Shown here one piece after another: positions 9,388 through 21,226 of a stretch of 36,909 nucleotides of DNA. The stretch's first letter is position 1. Each line of letters opens with the position of its first letter. The notes below the pieces were generated by a model. It was not told where the DNA came from. It worked only from the letters and a program-made list of their open reading frames with translations, and did not search any database. The position numbers and the translations under genes were made by a program. Origin of the DNA: Pseudomonadota bacterium (lineage in GTDB: Bacteria > Verrucomicrobiota > Verrucomicrobiia > Chthoniobacterales > UBA6821); contig RFPR01000003.1 in assembly GCA_009928265.1 (NCBI GenBank), positions 1 to 36,909 of the forward strand, written 5' to 3'.

Positions 9388-10083
9388 TCAGAAATCCTTT
9401 CCGCATTCGCGGTCGTCATCGCAACGGTCGTCACGGTCACGGCGGCTGCGACGGTCGTCGTCACAGTGGTCATCGTCATCGTCGCAACTTCCGGACTTGG
9501 TGTAATTCTTGTCGCTGTCCGATTCGCCGCAACTGGATGATCCGCTTCCATTGGTGGCACTTTGATTTGGTTGGTAGACAACCTTCGCACGGTAAACGCC
9601 TCCCAACTGCATCGCACGGTTAAATGACGTGACCGTTTCAACAGCCCCCTGCGGTTTATCAGCCGAAGACTGAGGCGGCCAGAAGACCTTGATCCGGGCC
9701 GTGGTCAAGGATGAGACCGTGGTGGACGGGGCGTTGGTGATGGACACGGTGACACCGAACCTGGCTTTTCCAGGATCGGACACCATGCTGCCGTCTCCGG
9801 AGAGGAAGAGGCTGGTGGCCCCTCCCTGCCCTGAGGCCGGCAGAGTAATCCCGTACTTAGGCGAAGTCGCCGAAGAGGACGGTGTATATCTGAGATCGGA
9901 AGCCACTGACGAGAGCATCGTCGCGCAGGCGGTCTGCTCCGTGGTATCCCTCGCGATGCGGATGCCGGCGGGAAGCAGGCCCTGCATCGTGGCGACGCAG
10001 ACGCCGGTGATCCCGACAGCAAGACAGACTTCGACGAGGGAGAACGCTCCCCGCGATGTCTTTGCTGACTTTTTCGTTTTCAT
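9388..10083 (-). CDS. Verru_Chthon cassette protein B-like (PilV-type prepilin) with Cys/Asp-rich tail
   Basis: Prepilin site GA|FSLVEVCLAVGI, GLLPAGI motif, C-terminal VFWP. Confidence 0.85.
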   Translation of the reverse strand: MKTKKSAKTSRGAFSLVEVCLAVGITGVCVATMQGLLPAGIRIARDTTEQTACATMLSSVASDLRYTPSSSATSPKYGITLPASGQGGATSLFLSGDGSMVSDPGKARFGVTVSITNAPSTTVSSLTTARIKVFWPPQSSADKPQGAVETVTSFNRAMQLGGVYRAKVVYQPNQSATNGSGSSSCGESDSDKNYTKSGSCDDDDDHCDDDRRSRRDRDDRCDDDRECGKDF

Positions 10084-10120
10084 GTTCTTTGGGGGTTGAG
10101 GGTTTTCTACTCGGTTAAGA

Positions 10121-10855
10121 TCAGGGGCCGGGCCGCAATGCCTTCACGATGCCGTTAACGGCGTCGACCTCGACAACGGCGGTGTCCAGAGAGTTCACGG
10201 CGACCATCCCTCCTTTGGAGGGACGAAGCGCTAGATGGAGGCCTTCCGGCAGTGCTTGGGAACCTGGGAGTGAAGCGGATCCCCTCGGATCGAACCGGAT
10301 GACCGCAACGGAGAATCCCGGGATCGTGGCCTTGGTATTCACCGGCCATCCGAAAGGCGCATTCACCGGGGTAACGCCCAGAAGGATCGAATTGGTCAAC
10401 ATGGCTGCATTGCCGAACGGGAGACTTTGATCCAGATGAAGATTCTCCATCTGCTGAAGCTTGCCGATCGGCATCAGATTGGAGGGGGCAATAACGGACG
10501 AGGGATCGGAGGGGTTGTAGCCCGGCGTGCCGTCCTTGGTTGCCACGGTCCCTATCCAGATTTTTCCGACACCGGATGTTGCCGGCAGCTTGCCAGCCGG
10601 TTGCATACCGTCTGATTCAAAGAAACCCACATAAACGTAGGTGTTGAGCTGCATCGCCTGAGAGCGGGCCAACTCGAGGATGGACTGCATGTCGGAAACC
10701 CTTCGGTTCATCGCAATTCCACCAGTAATTCCCCAGAGGGCTGTGATGGAGGCCCATGCCATCCATGCCATGATGTTGATGACCACAAGCAACTCGAGGA
10801 GCGAAAACCCAGCACGGCGGTCTCTGGAACCGGAAGTGTGGAAACTGATTCTCAT
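10121..10855 (-). CDS. Verru_Chthon cassette protein D-like (FimT/GspH-type prepilin)
   Basis: AG|FSLLELLVVI, LELARSQAMQLNTYVYVGF and IRFDPRGSA; start placed at ATG 10855 just before the prepilin site. Confidence 0.82.
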   Translation of the reverse strand: MRISFHTSGSRDRRAGFSLLELLVVINIMAWMAWASITALWGITGGIAMNRRVSDMQSILELARSQAMQLNTYVYVGFFESDGMQPAGKLPATSGVGKIWIGTVATKDGTPGYNPSDPSSVIAPSNLMPIGKLQQMENLHLDQSLPFGNAAMLTNSILLGVTPVNAPFGWPVNTKATIPGFSVAVIRFDPRGSASLPGSQALPEGLHLALRPSKGGMVAVNSLDTAVVEVDAVNGIVKALRPGP

Positions 10856-11055
10856 CGGGGGGAGAGCGGTTGCCCCCTGCATCCTTTGACTCTTGGGAAC
10901 GATGCCGCGTTCACCTTGTTTTTCCCACATCGCCGGAACAAACGACCTCTCCCCGGCGGCCGGATTTTTCCGGTCTCCTGCCCCCGTAAACCGGAGCAGT
11001 GTCTTCATGGTGCAAACTCGCACCACTTCCATCATCCGCAAGCGGAAGATTTCAA

Positions 11056-11586
11056 TCAGGGCAATGCCGTCATCACCCTCTCCCTGCTCTCGGGCAGCCT
11101 GTGCAGCAGGGCTCCCAGCGAGCGGTAGGCGGTCACCGAGGGATCGTGGATCCCGAGCACTTTGGCCAACTCGGTTTCAAAATGGAGGATCGCCTTCTGA
11201 TCGGGGGCGTTTGTTCGCAGGAAACCCCAGGCCCGCTGGAGCAGCGAAAACATCTCCGGGACGGGATGCATCGGCTCGGTCGCGAGATCGCAAAGCTCGG
11301 CGAAGTAGGAAGCGGCAAGCACCGTCGCATAGGTCGTCTGGAGTGCGCTGGCCGGATCGCCCGAAACCTCGGAGAGCGAGTGGAGATCGCCTGACTTCTG
11401 CGGCTTGAAGGCGATGTCAGCCTCGGTGAAAAGTTCCAACCTTCCTGCAAAGGCGCCGCCTGGTTTCGTTGCACCGCGCACCGCTGTCTTCACCTTGCCA
11501 TGGCGGTCGGTCAGCCAGACCACGACGAGGCTGTTCTCCGAATAACGGTAGCGTCTTAACAGGATCGCGCGGGCTTGTTCCATCAT
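11056..11586 (-). CDS. recO: DNA repair protein RecO (short form)
   Basis: AILLRRYRYSENSLVVVWLTDRHGKVKTAVRGA OB-fold, GRLELF, ASYFAEL; ATGA coupling with the upstream gene. Confidence 0.88.
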   Translation of the reverse strand: MMEQARAILLRRYRYSENSLVVVWLTDRHGKVKTAVRGATKPGGAFAGRLELFTEADIAFKPQKSGDLHSLSEVSGDPASALQTTYATVLAASYFAELCDLATEPMHPVPEMFSLLQRAWGFLRTNAPDQKAILHFETELAKVLGIHDPSVTAYRSLGALLHRLPESRERVMTALP

Positions 11587-12068
11587 CCCTCGCCCATCGC
11601 GCGGATCAGGCACTCCTGCATAAAGCCGAAGAGGTTCACCTGCAGCAACGCCATCCCTTTGGCTGTCGAGAAATCGGCCTCCTCCTCATCGGCAGCCATA
11701 TCGGCTTCCGTGAGGTCATGCTCGGAGGCAAGGGCAAGACGGACTGCATTGAGCGTGGTGAGCCACGCATCGGTGTGGTCAGCGGGGATGGTCAGCGACC
11801 AGTCCCCTTTCTTGCCCTGGGTCATTGCTCCCAGATCAGCCTCGACGACGGAACGGGCTTTGGAAAATCCCTCGCGTAGTTCAGGCCGGACATGATCCTC
11901 CCAATCCTCGATCAGTTCCGTGTCCTCACCCGGCGGAGGCAGTAGACGAGCACTTCCCTCCGGACAGCGCTCCCACGGATCGGCAGCCGCGGCGCGCAGG
12001 ATCGCCTCCAGCACGGGATGGATTCCGTGGAAGCGACCTCCCCCACCCTCTGCGAACTCGAACGTCAC
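11583..12068 (-). CDS. DUF2017-like protein
   Basis: ARLLPPP...DW...ELR and DAWLTTLNAVRLALA...QECLI pattern; GTG 12068 overlaps the clpS stop. Confidence 0.7.
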   Translation of the reverse strand: MTFEFAEGGGGRFHGIHPVLEAILRAAAADPWERCPEGSARLLPPPGEDTELIEDWEDHVRPELREGFSKARSVVEADLGAMTQGKKGDWSLTIPADHTDAWLTTLNAVRLALASEHDLTEADMAADEEEADFSTAKGMALLQVNLFGFMQECLIRAMGEG

Positions 12069-12352
12069 AGTGCCTTCTCCATCGTGGCCAGCAGGAGAAA
12101 TCCGTGCAGTTGCTGAACATAGTGCTCGGCTTTTTCCTTGCCGCCGCTCCAGACGATCGAGCGACCCTTGTGATGGACTTCCATCATGTGCTGCTCGGCC
12201 TTCTCCGAGGTCCATCCGAAAACCCTCCGGAAGACCATCGTCACATAGCTCATGAGATTGACCGGATCGTTGTGCACCATCACTAGCCAGGGGCGATCGA
12301 GTTCCTGCCTCAGATCTGTCTCCGGGGAATCAAGGAGATCGGGATTCGCCAT
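12065..12352 (-). CDS. clpS: ATP-dependent Clp protease adaptor ClpS
   Basis: WLVMVHNDPVNLMSYVT...MMEVHHKGRSIV. Confidence 0.93.
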   Translation of the reverse strand: MANPDLLDSPETDLRQELDRPWLVMVHNDPVNLMSYVTMVFRRVFGWTSEKAEQHMMEVHHKGRSIVWSGGKEKAEHYVQQLHGFLLLATMEKAL

Positions 12353-12354
12353 GA

Positions 12355-12936
12355 TCAGACGATGGAAATGGGGGCCTCGACCTCCTCCCGACCGAGAATT
12401 CCGAGGATCAGGAATCGTGAGATGTCACGCCCGTCGAGACCCGCACCCATTCCCTCCTGCAGGAGATAGGCTCCCTCCATGACTCGAGGGGGAAGACTGA
12501 AGAGAGCGGCGCGAAGCGCGTGGATCACGGCAAGATGGCCCGGAGCATCGCCCGCAAGGACCATCGTGCGATAGCGTTCCAGCATCCGATCACCCCGGGG
12601 CGGCAGAAGACCACCGATGAGACGCTTCCCCTCCGTGCGGCTCTGAAGAGAAAGATGTTTGGGAAGAAGGGTCTCCAACCGGCAATCGATCAGAGCAATC
12701 TCGAGATTCCCACCCAGCGAATACTCCCGGCGCACATCCTCCATCGCTGGCCGGATCGCCGGAGAAAAGAGGGAGGCGTTCCAGTTCACCACGGAAGCGG
12801 CTACCGGGCCACGGACCTCAAGGGTCACTTCGCCCACGGCATCAAGGAAGGGATTGCAAAGTTCCGCCGCACGGACGATCACCCCGAGATCACTCCCGGA
12901 GTCGACCTGTTCTTGTCGTAGAGCGGCTTCTCCCAT
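12355..12936 (-). CDS. Hypothetical protein, possibly UreF-like
   Basis: Fits the ybeY-clpS operon spacing; SRTEGKRL...Y...PGHLAVIHAL...AYL resembles the UreF C-terminal half. Confidence 0.55.
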   Translation of the reverse strand: MGEAALRQEQVDSGSDLGVIVRAAELCNPFLDAVGEVTLEVRGPVAASVVNWNASLFSPAIRPAMEDVRREYSLGGNLEIALIDCRLETLLPKHLSLQSRTEGKRLIGGLLPPRGDRMLERYRTMVLAGDAPGHLAVIHALRAALFSLPPRVMEGAYLLQEGMGAGLDGRDISRFLILGILGREEVEAPISIV

Positions 12937-12949
12937 GCTGGAGAAGCTA

Positions 12950-13381
12950 TCACACCCCCTTCAGGGCTTCTTCTAAAATCTCCTCCTGACGGGCATGCAT
13001 AATCACCCGCTCTTTTTCGGTCAGATCGTCGTACCCAAGCAGATGCAGAAGGCCGTGGATCGCACAGAGAGCGACCTCATGATCAGCGGGGTGACGGAAC
13101 TTCTTCGCATTGGCCGCCGCAATGGGAACCCCGATCAGGATCTCCCCATGCTCGAATGTGATCACATCGGTTGGCGTCGGATCTTCGAGGAACTCCCCGT
13201 GCACCTTGGCGATCGCCGCCTCACCCAGCAGCGTGATCTCCACCTCAGGCGGAAGAGTCAGCCCCTTCTTCCTAGGCTTCCCTACACACAAGGGCAACGC
13301 CACCTCTACGATCCGCCGAATCTTCGGCAGATCGACTTTCAACGCGCGTTGGCGGTTGGCCCAGAGGAGAGTTGGAAGCAT
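12950..13381 (-). CDS. ybeY: rRNA maturation endoribonuclease YbeY
   Basis: PTDVITF and HGLLHLLGYDD motifs. Confidence 0.93.
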   Translation of the reverse strand: MLPTLLWANRQRALKVDLPKIRRIVEVALPLCVGKPRKKGLTLPPEVEITLLGEAAIAKVHGEFLEDPTPTDVITFEHGEILIGVPIAAANAKKFRHPADHEVALCAIHGLLHLLGYDDLTEKERVIMHARQEEILEEALKGV

Positions 13382-13393
13382 GTGGAAAGGCTT

Positions 13394-13501
13394 TTAGACT
13401 GAAGACAACCAAGCTTGTGGGTGCAAGCGCGGAAGACTGACGCAGTTAGCCCCAAAGGGGTGGCACTGTACGCCGGGAGGCGGATGCCATCAATTAGACT
13501 G
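13394..13501. repeat. Small structured intergenic element bounded by 8-bp direct repeats TTAGACTG
   Basis: TTAGACTG at 13394-13401 and 13494-13501; internal hairpins GCCCC-aaa-GGGGT and TGGCA...CGCC-ggga-GGCG...TGCCA. Confidence 0.4.
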
Positions 13502-13545
13502 TTAGGAAAAACTGTAGAGTTGGTGGTGGTATTACAGGATTAATA

Positions 13546-14010
13546 TTAATCCTCTTGTTCCGAATCAGACTCACCTGTTCCCATCAAATCCCAATAAGCT
13601 TTCATATAGTAGGGCCCCCAATAACCCTCCCGGAGATGCACGGGTGTTCGCCTTATCGCATCTTGTACTGTATCAGAGTCTGGCAACATGCATGAATCCA
13701 AATCCTTTTGAGCAAGGTAGTAGAGCATCCCTCTTGGAGTGATCTCAATTTCCGCCTGATTGAGAATCTCTTCAGGAGGAACACAAAATGTAGGTCCATC
13801 GCATGTGCCCTGGTTGTACTGCTCGATATTTAGGTAATCACCATAACCTAAAACCAGTATTGTTTCACTTTCTGTCCGAGGAATTTCGGGTGTTGTTTGG
13901 GGGGCTAAACTGTTTTCTTCATTAAGATTTAATGCTTCAGAAAGAAGAATTTTATTCTTTAAAACTAATTTAGCCAAGTCTTTGCCAATAGTAACAAATA
14001 TGAATTTCAA
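13546..14010 (-). CDS. Hypothetical acidic protein (low GC)
   Basis: 154-codon ORF in AT-rich DNA, TTG start 4 nt after the upstream stop; no motif recognised. Confidence 0.6.
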   Translation of the reverse strand: MKFIFVTIGKDLAKLVLKNKILLSEALNLNEENSLAPQTTPEIPRTESETILVLGYGDYLNIEQYNQGTCDGPTFCVPPEEILNQAEIEITPRGMLYYLAQKDLDSCMLPDSDTVQDAIRRTPVHLREGYWGPYYMKAYWDLMGTGESDSEQED

Positions 14011-14014
14011 TTTA

Positions 14015-14626
14015 TTATGTTTTTATGCTCTTGTTGAAAAATAATGCTAAACCCTGAATAGGTATTCCCAACGCCATACCTACTAACAAAACTTTGACAG
14101 CATTTGCAAAATCATACTTTAAAAATATAATAGCTGCAATAGTAGCAAGATATGAAGCAGAAATAATTACTGCTTGGATTTTTGCATCATTATTTTCCTC
14201 TTTGGAAGCCATTAATGCCCATGGAGTTGAAACTATTCCATATGACCAAATTAGTAATGGAGTTCGAATTCCCTCATCTCCAAAGAAATAGAAAAATCTA
14301 AGCACCAAAAAAGAGTATCCGCACATTACTCCATAATTCCACACAGCAACGGGAAGCATCATCAAACATCCAAAGAATGATGATATCGCTTGTTTTTTAT
14401 TTAAGAGAAAAACTGCAGGCATTGCCAAAATCAGACCAAATCCCAATGCTAATGGAATAATAAATTGGGACAAAATAAGTGCCCCTAAACCAATTCCAAT
14501 TGCTTTCCACTGTCCAAGAATAACTAGCCAAAAAAATGAAACAATTCCACTAAATGTATTAATGAATACAAAAATTGCACTAACTAATATTAGCGGAGCT
14601 GCTAAAATGTAAATTATTTTCTTCAT
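14015..14626 (-). CDS. Hypothetical multi-pass membrane protein (low GC)
   Basis: 203 aa, almost entirely hydrophobic segments (about 6 TM). Confidence 0.75.
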   Translation of the reverse strand: MKKIIYILAAPLILVSAIFVFINTFSGIVSFFWLVILGQWKAIGIGLGALILSQFIIPLALGFGLILAMPAVFLLNKKQAISSFFGCLMMLPVAVWNYGVMCGYSFLVLRFFYFFGDEGIRTPLLIWSYGIVSTPWALMASKEENNDAKIQAVIISASYLATIAAIIFLKYDFANAVKVLLVGMALGIPIQGLALFFNKSIKT

Positions 14627-14694
14627 TTTATTATTGAATCGCTAGTAACTAGAGCTTCTAGACTTCGACGCTACATACAGTCAACTCTTATTCA

Positions 14695-18453
<3,759 letters not shown>

Positions 18454-18500
18454 GATGATCAAGGATTGGAGAAGGTGGCGGCGCCTGCTACGGCTGAGGA

Positions 18501-19136
18501 ATGGCTATGGAAAAGACCAAGGATCTGACGATCAGTCTTCCCGAGGGCTATGCGTCCGGAACGCAGCGTTACGCGTTGCTGCTGTCGCTTGATCCGGGAA
18601 TGCCCGCTGCAGAAATCGCCACCCGACTGAAGGATAAAGGTCTCCTGCCCCGACTGATCGTGGCGGTCCGAGCGGAAGGAAGTAACGCGGATGCGGCGAG
18701 TTTGCTGGAACGACTGACCGACTCGCACCGAATTCTGGAAGCCCCCCAGGCACGCTGGATCTGCGGGACAGGACACTCCGCCGCCGAGGCGCTGCGATTT
18801 GTTCTCGACCACCCTGATCTGGCGGGACGAGCAGCCTGTCTCTCGACATCCTTTGAGGGAGCGGAGGGAGCGCCTCCCCTGCACTCGCGCCTGCTTCGGG
18901 AGTTGGAGGAGAGGGTTGATCTTCCAGCCGGAGTGAAGCTGTTCCTTGATTATGGCACCATCGGTCTCGACGAATGCTATGAGCCGTATCACCGGGATGC
19001 CGGTGCAATCTTCCGCGCGAAGGGATGGACTGATGATCGAGAGTTCCGGATTACCCGTAGCATTGGAGGATCGCACGATCCCGCCTCGTGGCGCGATCGT
19101 CTCAGTCCGGCCCTGTGCTGGCTGGCGGAACGCTGA
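18501..19136 (+). CDS. Esterase-like alpha/beta hydrolase fold protein with degenerate active site
   Basis: [26 protein letters not shown] and [12 protein letters not shown] match the putative-esterase family, but GxSxG is missing. Confidence 0.75.
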   Translation: MAMEKTKDLTISLPEGYASGTQRYALLLSLDPGMPAAEIATRLKDKGLLPRLIVAVRAEGSNADAASLLERLTDSHRILEAPQARWICGTGHSAAEALRFVLDHPDLAGRAACLSTSFEGAEGAPPLHSRLLRELEERVDLPAGVKLFLDYGTIGLDECYEPYHRDAGAIFRAKGWTDDREFRITRSIGGSHDPASWRDRLSPALCWLAER

Positions 19137-19140
19137 CATT

Positions 19141-19719
19141 TCAGGCAATTACCCGGGCCTTACGCTGTGTCAAGGCTTGCTCCATCACCACAAAGAAGGC
19201 TGCAGAGAGCAGATCCCCCGCGAGACTGTTACGAAAGAAGGTCCAAGTCGGGGGGTAGCCAGGAAGCCCTACCGTCAGCGCCTGCACCCATCCCGCAAAA
19301 GTCTGCGGATAGGCGGTGAGGCCAGACCAGCTTCCCGTATTGGTCACCACATAGAAAAAGACAGATGCAGCGAGTGTGCCGCCCAGAACAGGAATCAATC
19401 CGGTGCGACCCCGGAGGCTCCAACCGATCGCGACAGCCACAAGGTAGCCGGGCAGAGTCCAGAGGAGTTGAGCGGATAAGAGGGGTGCTCCGTAGTGGAG
19501 ATTGAGCAAGAGATCAGAAACCAGCAGAGCCACCACCGGCACAGCCAGACCGATCCATCCCGGCAGGAAGAGAGCCCCGCAAAGGGCCGAAGCCATCAGC
19601 GGCGAGAAATTCGGCAGGACCTCAGGCGCCACCTCAACGCGGAGGACACGGAAGAACGTGCCTAGCAGGAGAAGTGTAAAAGCTGTCAGGAGTGCGGGAG
19701 AGGCAAGGAATCTGTTCAT
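19141..19719 (-). CDS. DUF6580-like small membrane transport protein (S-component-like)
   Basis: 192 aa, 5-6 TM; PNFSPLMASAL, SDLLL, FFYVVTN..SW, YPQT.AG and GLP...FFRNSLAGDL motifs. Confidence 0.8.
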   Translation of the reverse strand: MNRFLASPALLTAFTLLLLGTFFRVLRVEVAPEVLPNFSPLMASALCGALFLPGWIGLAVPVVALLVSDLLLNLHYGAPLLSAQLLWTLPGYLVAVAIGWSLRGRTGLIPVLGGTLAASVFFYVVTNTGSWSGLTAYPQTFAGWVQALTVGLPGYPPTWTFFRNSLAGDLLSAAFFVVMEQALTQRKARVIA

Positions 19720-20465
19720 TGTGGCTTGATCATATTGGGATCGAGTCGACCGATGTTGGCACCAGGCATCCGGGAATCAAGAGATCCCGGCATCATTGGA
19801 AGGCATCCCGCGGAGCCATCAGCGAATCCGACCATCGCCTGGCCGCCGACACGGAAGTGAACGGTCCTTTCGGTGGCGTTGAAATAATAGAACTCCTCGA
19901 CCATTGGTTTTTTGGCAGAGGCAGGTGCCTGGAAGGTATTCACCTGGGCACAGGTCGCAAAGACGGGGATCTTTCCCGGACTCGATAAGGCCAACTGGCT
20001 CTTTCCCTGCAAAAGAAGGTTGTACCCGTAGGCGAAATGGGTGGAGCCATACTTCGGCTTGAAGGTGTTGCCTGCCCTAGAAAACGAGGGGTCGACGGCC
20101 ATTCCTCCAGAAGCGGCGATGTAGGGGCCGAGCGGACCTTGATTGAGATCTAGCCACCTCTTGCCCTCAGGAGCGGAGAGACTAGCGGAAGGTTCGAGCC
20201 CAAACCACCACTGGGTTCCACCATTGGTTCTGGAACTGTACTGCCAGTAAACCATGCCATTCTCAGCAAGATACGATTGGGCTGCAGCATTCAACTGGGC
20301 GATGACATGGGCGCTTGTAGCATCCGTTGAGGAGGCGTAGACACTCCGTACTGCGGGAAAAAGCAGTGCTGCAAGTACGGCCACAATGGCTAACCCAACA
20401 AGCAGTTCAAGAAGAGTGAAGGCTCCCCGCCTAGCGGAATTCAGGATTTCTTTAAGATTTTCCAT
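19716..20465 (-). CDS. Prepilin-type N-terminal cleavage/methylation protein with H-X9-DG-like C-terminus
   Basis: GA|FTLLELLVGLAIVAVLAALLFPA, AYGYN, HFRVGGQAMVGFADG; stop overlaps the next ATG (ATGA). Confidence 0.85.
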   Translation of the reverse strand: MENLKEILNSARRGAFTLLELLVGLAIVAVLAALLFPAVRSVYASSTDATSAHVIAQLNAAAQSYLAENGMVYWQYSSRTNGGTQWWFGLEPSASLSAPEGKRWLDLNQGPLGPYIAASGGMAVDPSFSRAGNTFKPKYGSTHFAYGYNLLLQGKSQLALSSPGKIPVFATCAQVNTFQAPASAKKPMVEEFYYFNATERTVHFRVGGQAMVGFADGSAGCLPMMPGSLDSRMPGANIGRLDPNMIKPQ

Positions 20466-21172
20466 CTGGCGAACAGAAGCACAGTGAGGGATAGAAGACA
20501 CAAGAGGCCGACTCTTGGCTCGGGAATCACTTGGGGATCCAATCCGTAATAGGTACCGAAAGTCACAGGCTGAACGATTCCGTCAGTGTCGGTGTAGTAA
20601 TGAGTGTCGCTCACTGCACCAGAATATGAAAACGGACTGATTGTCCACCCGTCATAGGATCCGTTGGAAATCCAGCGGGTGGCAGCATAACTCGGAGAGA
20701 CGATCCATGGTCCCGATGGCACCTCGAAGGAAAACGACCCATTGTCACCGTACTCCACAAACTCGCTCCCACCCGAGATCCAGTAGGTCCATACCGGAGA
20801 ATCCAGGGGGTCGACACTTACGGACTTGGTTCCGCCGATCGTGAAGTCCGTGAAGAGTCCATAGGCACCCGTGCTGACACTGAGAGCGTAGTCGGTTCCC
20901 TGTGATGCTGAGAGAACTCCCTGAAAAAGATCTTCTCCCGACCAGTTGGTGCCGGTCAGTGGATTGAGGAGTCCGTCGTAGTGCCATGCGTAGCAGATCG
21001 GGTCATTCGACAACGTGGACTCATTAAAGATCAGGTAGGAGACATTCGATCCGCTCCCGAGATTCACCGTAACAGGCTCTTGCCCTGTGATCACCGCAGC
21101 ATGGACGTGGTACAGACCCAAGAGAAGAGATGCCGATAGGAAAAGTAGGTTTTTTATATTTTTAATCAACAT
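20441..21172 (-). CDS. PEP-CTERM sorting domain surface protein
   Basis: Signal peptide ending VHA; C-terminal VIPEP + hydrophobic helix + RWK..KK. Confidence 0.88.
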   Translation of the reverse strand: MLIKNIKNLLFLSASLLLGLYHVHAAVITGQEPVTVNLGSGSNVSYLIFNESTLSNDPICYAWHYDGLLNPLTGTNWSGEDLFQGVLSASQGTDYALSVSTGAYGLFTDFTIGGTKSVSVDPLDSPVWTYWISGGSEFVEYGDNGSFSFEVPSGPWIVSPSYAATRWISNGSYDGWTISPFSYSGAVSDTHYYTDTDGIVQPVTFGTYYGLDPQVIPEPRVGLLCLLSLTVLLFARWKILKKS

Positions 21173-21212
21173 ATGTGTATTTGATGATATGTTTTTAAAG
21201 AGGTCAACCCTT

Positions 21213-21226
21213 TTGATTTCTATCAA
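21213..21226. promoter_or_regulatory. FNR/CRP-family binding site TTGAT-N4-ATCAA
   Basis: Exact consensus TTGATttctATCAA in the 61-bp gap upstream of the PEP-CTERM gene; minus-strand TATCAT (-10-like) at 21189-21184. Confidence 0.55.

Larger units (their letters stand above)
13490..14690. other. Low-GC islet carrying two unknown genes
   Basis: Abrupt shift to AT-rich sequence and A/T-ending codons between ybeY and metH. Confidence 0.8.

Noticed and set aside
9400-9500. Repetitive gtcgtc/gtcatc DNA as a possible CRISPR or tandem array
   Set aside because: Explained by Asp/Arg codons; there is no repeat-spacer structure and no cas gene.
9387-9641. Thr/Val-rich N-terminal extension of the 373-aa ORF
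   Set aside because: It is an alternate frame of the pilin B acidic tail; the prepilin signal places the start at 9386.
13403-13507. GTTAGCC/GTTAGGA words as a possible integron attC site
   Set aside because: No matching complementary R''/R' and L boxes, and no integrase.
18454-18500. SAM or cobalamin riboswitch upstream of metH
   Set aside because: The gap is under 50 bp, with no recognisable aptamer core.
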